Shown: positions 54,580 to 64,000 of the stretch, one piece after another
How the letters are laid out: every line of letters begins with the position of its first letter
Numbering within the stretch: position 1 is the stretch's first letter
Made by a program: the position numbers and the translations under genes
DNA from: the human T2T-CHM13v2.0 reference genome, Homo sapiens
Reading direction: 5' to 3' (one strand)
Assembly (NCBI RefSeq): GCF_009914755.1
Contig: NC_060935.1
DNA length: 64,000 nt
The notes under the pieces: model-generated
The model's database searches: none
Told to the model about the DNA's origin: nothing
Seen by the model: the letters and a program-made list of their open reading frames with translations, nothing else

Positions 54580-55136
54580 CTATTCTTTATTCAATATGCT
54601 CAACTCTTAGGAATCAAGTCTAGGTCTTCAACTAGCTTTCTGAAGACCTGATGGACTAAGACTTGATTAGTGACAAGAATTTTGTTCTACTACTCAAGTT
54701 ATTAGAAGGGTCATAGGACATCTCACACCCAGATCCCACTGCCACCTCACTCTGTTAGGTTCTCCTGTTATTGTTTGCAGTTGTGTTTTGGCAACAAGAC
54801 ACCAGATCCCTACAAATACTGTTAGACTATACATATGTAGTCATAGTATGTGGAGAATAACAGAAATATCGACTAATATAGTGACTAGTTTATTCTCTTT
54901 GGGGAATAAATACATGGATAAATAAGTGAACAAATAGAAAAAAATATGACAGAGATGTAGGGCATTCCAGGAATCTTCTATGATATGGCTATCGGTCTAT
55001 GCTAGTTTGCATGCCTACAATGACAGCACACTCACTTACATAGTAATCTTAAAATAGTAAAGATGCTATTATAGGATAGCGGTGATCACATATTTAATCA
55101 GCACCCACTCTACTTAGCTGTGCAATGGACATTTAA

Positions 55137-56773
55137 TTTTTTAATTTTTTAAATTTTTTTATTTCTATAGGTTTTTGAGGAACAAGTGGTATTTGGTTAC
55201 ATGACTAAGTTCTTTAGTGGTGATCAGTGATATTTTAGTGCACCCATCACCTGAGCGGTATACATTGAACCCAATTTGTAGTCTTTTATCCCTCACCTCC
55301 CTCACACCCCTTCCCTTGAGTCCCCAAAGTCCACTGTATCATTCTTATGCCTTTGCATCGTCATAGCTTAGTTCACACTTATGAGTGAGAATATAAGATG
55401 TTTGGTTTTCCATTCCTGAGTTACTTCACTTAGAATAATAGTCTTCAGTTCCATCCAGCTGCAAATGCCATTAATTTGTTCCTTTTATGTCTTAGTAGTA
55501 TTCCATCATATATATATTTCTTTACTAACTCATTGATTGATGGGCATTTGGGCGGGTTCCATATTTTTGCAATTGTGAATTGTGCTGCTATAAACATGCA
55601 TATGCAAACATCTTTTTCGTATAATGACTTATTTTCCTCTGCGAGATACCCAGTAGTGGGATTGCTGGATCCAATGGTAGTTCTACTTCTAGTTCTTTAA
55701 GGAATCTCCACACTGTTTTCCATAGTGGTTTTACTAGTTTACATTCCCACCAGCAGTGTAGAAGTGTTCCCTTTTCACTGCATCCCCACCAAAATCTTTT
55801 TTTTTTAAATTATTTGATTATAGCCATTCTTACAGGAGCGAGGTGGTATTGCATTGTGGTTTTGATTTGCATTTCCCTGATCATTAGTGATGGTGACCAT
55901 TTTTTCATATTTGTTGGCCCCTGTATATCTTCTTTTCAGAATTGTCTGTTTCTGTCCTTAGCCCACTTTTTGATGGGATTGTTTTTTTTTCTTGCTAATT
56001 TGTTTGAGTTCCTGGTACATTCTGGATATTAGTCCTTCATCAGATGTATAGATCGTGAAGATTTTCTCCCACTCTGTGGGTTGTCTGTTTACTCTGCTTA
56101 CTGTTCCTTTTGCTGGGCAGAAGCTCTTTAGTTTAATTAAGTTCCACCTATTTATCTTTGTTTCTGTTGCATTTGCTTTGGGGGTCTTAATCATGAAGCC
56201 TTTGCCTAAGCCAATGTCTAGAAGAGGTTTTCTGATGTTATAGAATTAAATAGTTTCAGGTCTTAGATTTAAATCCTTGATCCAACTTGAGTTGTTTTTT
56301 TATAAGGTTAGAGATGAGGATCCAGTTTCATTCTCCTATATGTGACTAGCCAATTATCCCAGCACCATTTGTTGAATAGGGTGTCCTTTCCCCACTTCAT
56401 GGTTTTGTTTGCTTTGTCAAAGATTAGTTGGCTGTAAGTATTTGGCTTTATTTCTGGGTTCTTTATTCTGTTCCATTGGTCTATGTGCCTATTTTTATAC
56501 CAGTACCATGTTGTTTGGGTGACTATGATCTTATAGTATGGTTTGACGTCAGGTAATGTGATGCCTCCAGATTCGTTGTTTTTGCTTAGTCTTGCTTTGG
56601 CTATGTGGGCTCTTTTTTGGTTCCATATAAATTTTAGGATTGTTTTTCTAGCTCTGGAAGAATGATGGTGGTATTTTGATGGGAATTGCATTGAATTTGT
56701 AGATTGCTTTTGGTAGTATGGTCATTTTTACAATATTGATTTGACCTAACCATGAGCATGGTATGTGCTTCCA
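55137..56773 (-). mobile_element. 5'-truncated L1PB1-like element inserted in a MIR
   Basis: gtggtatttggttacatgactaagttctttagtggtgat 3' UTR; ORF2 remnants (GGITLPD...[15 protein letters not shown]...[10 protein letters not shown]); TSD tgca[a/g]tggacatttaa at 55121-55136 and 56774-56789. Confidence 0.92.
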
Positions 56774-57977
56774 TGCAGTGGACATTTAAATTTGTTTTGC
56801 TGTTTTTTAAAGCTTGGTTTCTTGCCTGGTAAAATGGAGACAATTAAGTCTATTCCCAAGGTTTTTGTGAATATTAAAAATAAATTTTGGTAATTTTTAT
56901 TATTGAATTAAATTGAAAAGGGATATAGAAGAAATATCAAATATAGTCCCTACTTAGTATCTTGACCTGAAATTAAATGGGAGCTGATCCCGTATTTCTG
57001 TACATTTTATTTATATAAAATAAATAATTTTATAATATTCACATTGTTAGTACTCAATAAAGTTTAATATTTTAGAAAATGCAAGATGAAAGACATTCTA
57101 TTCATTTAATATCTTTTAAAGGAATCACAAATGCTTTTTAAAAACATTTTAACAGGTGCCAAAGAAGAAAATACATTACAGTTTTATATACATCTACTAA
57201 TTATGTGCATTAACTTTTTCAATGACAAGTTTAATCTGTCAATCATGGGATGATTAGAAATAAGGTTTTACTGATGTGCAGTCTCTCCATGTATAACCAT
57301 GGTAGTTTTATATATTTTTACAACATTTAGCCATCATTGTACCAATTCTCAAATAAATATCAGATGATTTAGACTGGAAGATGCCGTTGCTTGAGTGGTG
57401 GTGGGGGGCCAGGGAAATCAATTTCAAAAAGCAAAAAAAAAAGCATCAATTTTAGCCATGGTTTTACCCACTGACACACAATGAGGAAATAAATCACAGG
57501 AAAAGGAATAGAGCAAACTGTTGCTCATCTTCTAGGAAACAGACTCAAGTGGGTAAAGTGATTTGCCAAAGGCCGCATAGCAAGCAAGTAAGCAGTACCA
57601 GGTTTTGGAATTGGTTCTTCATATTCCATGACTTTTCCACAGTGTCACTGCATAAATGGTCTCTCTACTTCTCATTTCCAAATAATTTATCAGCTTAGCC
57701 ATCCCACTCCACTATTCCGCTCACCTCTCTCTCTATCTGTGACAGCTATTTTTCCAAAGCCATTAATTACCTTCTAATTTTCAAATCCAATTACACTGAT
57801 ACAATCTTTTTTTTTTTGTTTGCTCTTTAGCATTCTACCATGCACTACTCCATCCTCCCTGAAACTTTTTTTTCCTTAACCTTGATTGTAAACAAAATGA
57901 CCTATCCGGTTTTTCAAATCAGAAACCTGGCAGCATCACTGTTATTAATGACCCCTCTTCTAACTTTCTCTTTCAAA

Positions 57978-57983
57978 TACACA

Positions 57984-58027
<44 letters not shown>
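57978..58027. repeat. (CA)n microsatellite within an L2 relic
   Basis: About 25 CA units with one interruption. Confidence 0.95.
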
Positions 58028-58028
<1 letters not shown>

Positions 58029-58263
58029 CACTGTTTGTTGGGTCAAATATGTCTTCTAAATATCCTTCTATTCCCCTGTTCTTTATCTCAACTGTCTCTG
58101 CCTTTGTAGTCTCTCTCTTGAATGAAATCTGTTGCAACAACCCCCTACATGTCTAATTTGTTTCTAAGCCACCTATCTTTCTCCATGCTCCCAACCACTC
58201 CATTCTTCAATAGACCTCAAAACATGACTCCATGGAAGACACAAGCAAAAGGAGAAAGGTGTG

Positions 58264-58690
58264 TGCTATAGTTTGGATATTTGACCCTCTAAACCGCATG
58301 TTAAAATTTGATCCCCAGTGTTGGAGATGAGGCTTAAGAGGAGGCGTTTGGGTCGTGGGAATACATACCTCATGAACAGATTAATACTCCCCACCAGGGG
58401 GAAAGAGGACTGAATTATCACTCTATTAGTTCTCCCAGGAGCTAGTTGTTAAAAAGAGCCTGGCACCTCCTCCTCTCTCTTGCTTCCTCTTTTGCAATGC
58501 GATCTTTCCACATACTGGCTCCATTTTCCCTTTCACCATGAGTGGAAGCAGCCTCAAACTCTCATCAAAGCCAGATGTTGGTGTCATGCTTGTACAGCCT
58601 GCAGAACCAGAAGCCAAACAAACTTTTTTTTTCTTTATAAATTACCCATTCTTAAGTATTCTTTTATAGCAACACAGATGGACTAAGGCA
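58264..58690 (+). mobile_element. MSTB-type MaLR solo LTR
   Basis: tgctatagtttggatatttgaccc...gtacagcctgcagaacc...tttatagcaacacagatggactaaggca; 5-bp flanks gtgtg/atgtg. Confidence 0.9.
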
Positions 58691-59191
58691 ATGTGCTATT
58701 ATATGGCAGAATTTCCAACACATCTTTAATGGATCAACAGCCCTTAGAAAGGATCTGTAATTCTAGAGGCACCATTTTATCTGCTGGACCTTCCCCCAAC
58801 TCCCCCCAACTTCTCTCCCTCAAGTCCTTTATATTCTGCCAGGAGATCCAAAGAGAGGAAAGTTATGAGCCCAGAGAGCTATAGGGAAGATATGAAAGTG
58901 AGATGTGGGTTACGGATGCACCACAGGATGGTGGAAATAGCACTGGGCTTGAGTTATATCTCAACCCCTTCCTAACCATGTGGTTTTTGGCTTGTCCCTG
59001 AATTTCAGTTTTAAAATAGTGTTATAATTAAGAATACCTGCCTCTGAAGTTGTAATGAAGTTTGAAATAAATATTAAATGTAATTAATGTAAGAGCATTT
59101 TGTCATTCCCATATATATTACATAAACATTAGTTATTTTATTATCAGGTTATAAATTGAAGGAAATTTGAAAACTATAGATAAAGAAAAGA

Positions 59192-59618
<427 letters not shown>

Positions 59619-59949
59619 CTACAGTTTACAAGTTTAGAACTGTACTGGGGTGGAATTCTAACTCTGTTGTTATTAGTTAGGTCCTTCAGACAAGTTAACA
59701 ATGCTAAAAATATAATTAACAATAATATTCCCTAGCCTTTATTAGTATATGTGCTAGGCACTGTTCTAAATGTTTACATGGATTATTTCTGAGTTTCAGT
59801 TTCTTCGTGTATCAAATGGCATTAGTAATTATTGTACCTTCCTCATAAGATTACTGTCATAAGTAAATAAATTAGCATGATACTGGCCATGTAAACAGCA
59901 CTAAAAACATAGCAGTCGTTATTGTTATTATTAGCTCTGAAAATACTAA

Positions 59950-62904
<2,955 letters not shown>

Positions 62905-64000
62905 TGTTTGTTTTTAAAGTTAGTACAGAAAATAGAGGCAAGTAAGGGAGCTTGTGTTTGTACCCTGGCTCAAAATCCAGTAAGTAAGGATGGAGAGTGA
63001 AACTTTGAACACTTATAATTCCCTTTAGGTTTAATTTGAGTTTATTTTTAAAAACTTGAATAGAGAATGGGGCATTCAGTGCCTTCCCTTCACTGCTAAG
63101 CACTTGAAGTTGCTTGTAGTAAAAAAATAAAAATTTCTCACAGGCCAGTGGGCTGCCTCTGAGTCTGACCGGATCAAACCCCAGAACATCATCATGCACA
63201 AAGATTTAACCACCAGCTAAATGTATCATCATAGCTATTCAATGCTGGGGTAGTGGAGAGGGTGAAAAGGGGGATTAAGAGTGTGCCACATTTTTCACAC
63301 AAGAAATACTCCATTTTCTTATGACTGAGCATGTTCTCATGCTCTGTCAACGACAATATTCAGCCCTGAGATTTAGTTTTGGATGATAAAACCACCAACA
63401 CTTTACAAAGCTAGTTTTTCCATTGCAAGAACATGGAAATTCGATTACCTTCTGAGAATGAAAAACAATGAGCTCAACTCTGTGGCTAAAATTGTTTGAG
63501 AACATCCATGAGTAATCATATAATCTTGTGTGGCAATGGGGCATGCATAAATTGCATTCATATCTAATCAATTACACTGTCTTGCCTGAAGAAAGAGTGC
63601 TAATGAAAGGCCCAGTAATAAAAAGAAAGTCCAAGCAGCATGAATTTGTCAATGTTTGCCCAGAACTGTACAAGAGACATAGACACTGCGTCTCAGTTAA
63701 CCAGCCCTACCCTGACCCTTTGCCCTCTGGATCTGTCATATTACCTGTCTTCTCACTTTTCAGCCATGACAGATGGCTCCCTCTTCTGTTCCCATGCATC
63801 TTTCCCTTAATAAACTATCAGTACTTCTAAGGAGAGACCTCAAGCTGCTTCCATTCATTCCTACCCATATATTGGTGAAGTAGGCTTTTCTTTCTGTTTT
63901 TTGGGTAAAAGCTATTTTACTCCATAAACAAAAATAAGGCCAGAAATTACAATGACTTAAGTAAAAGAGAAGGCAAGTCCAGCACTGAGTTGTGCAATTG

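Noticed and set aside
56308-56843. ORFs with clear L1 ORF2p similarity
   Set aside because: Frameshifted remnants of a 5'-truncated L1PB; not a functional CDS

Overview
Great-ape or human nuclear DNA (it carries SVA, AluY and AluS/J elements), roughly half interspersed repeats. It looks intergenic or deep-intronic. I find no credible protein-coding gene: the supplied ORFs are repeat-derived (Alu, SVA, L1, Tigger) or look random. Best-supported elements: a near full-length Tigger4/Zombi DNA transposon with TIRs, TA TSD and a decayed transposase (1296-3991); a full-length SVA with a 15-bp TSD (8950-10646); an LTR22 (HML-5) solo LTR with a 6-bp TSD; a MER57/MER93-like solo LTR with a 4-bp TSD; MLT1 and MST LTRs; several L1s; about 11 Alus; MER2, MER44, MER6 and MER5 elements; many L2/MIR relics; a Y1 RNA retropseudogene; and a tailless 5S rRNA retropseudogene with a perfect 16-bp TSD. 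I cannot support a new biological system. The most interesting signals are small: the tailless 5S insertion, a 20-nt A-tailed micro-insertion with a 14-bp TSD, a 31-bp palindrome, two ORF2-deleted old L1s, two enhancer-like non-repeat blocks and a few candidate non-coding exons. Subfamily names come from recalled consensus sequences, not from a search, and boundaries of old repeats are approximate.
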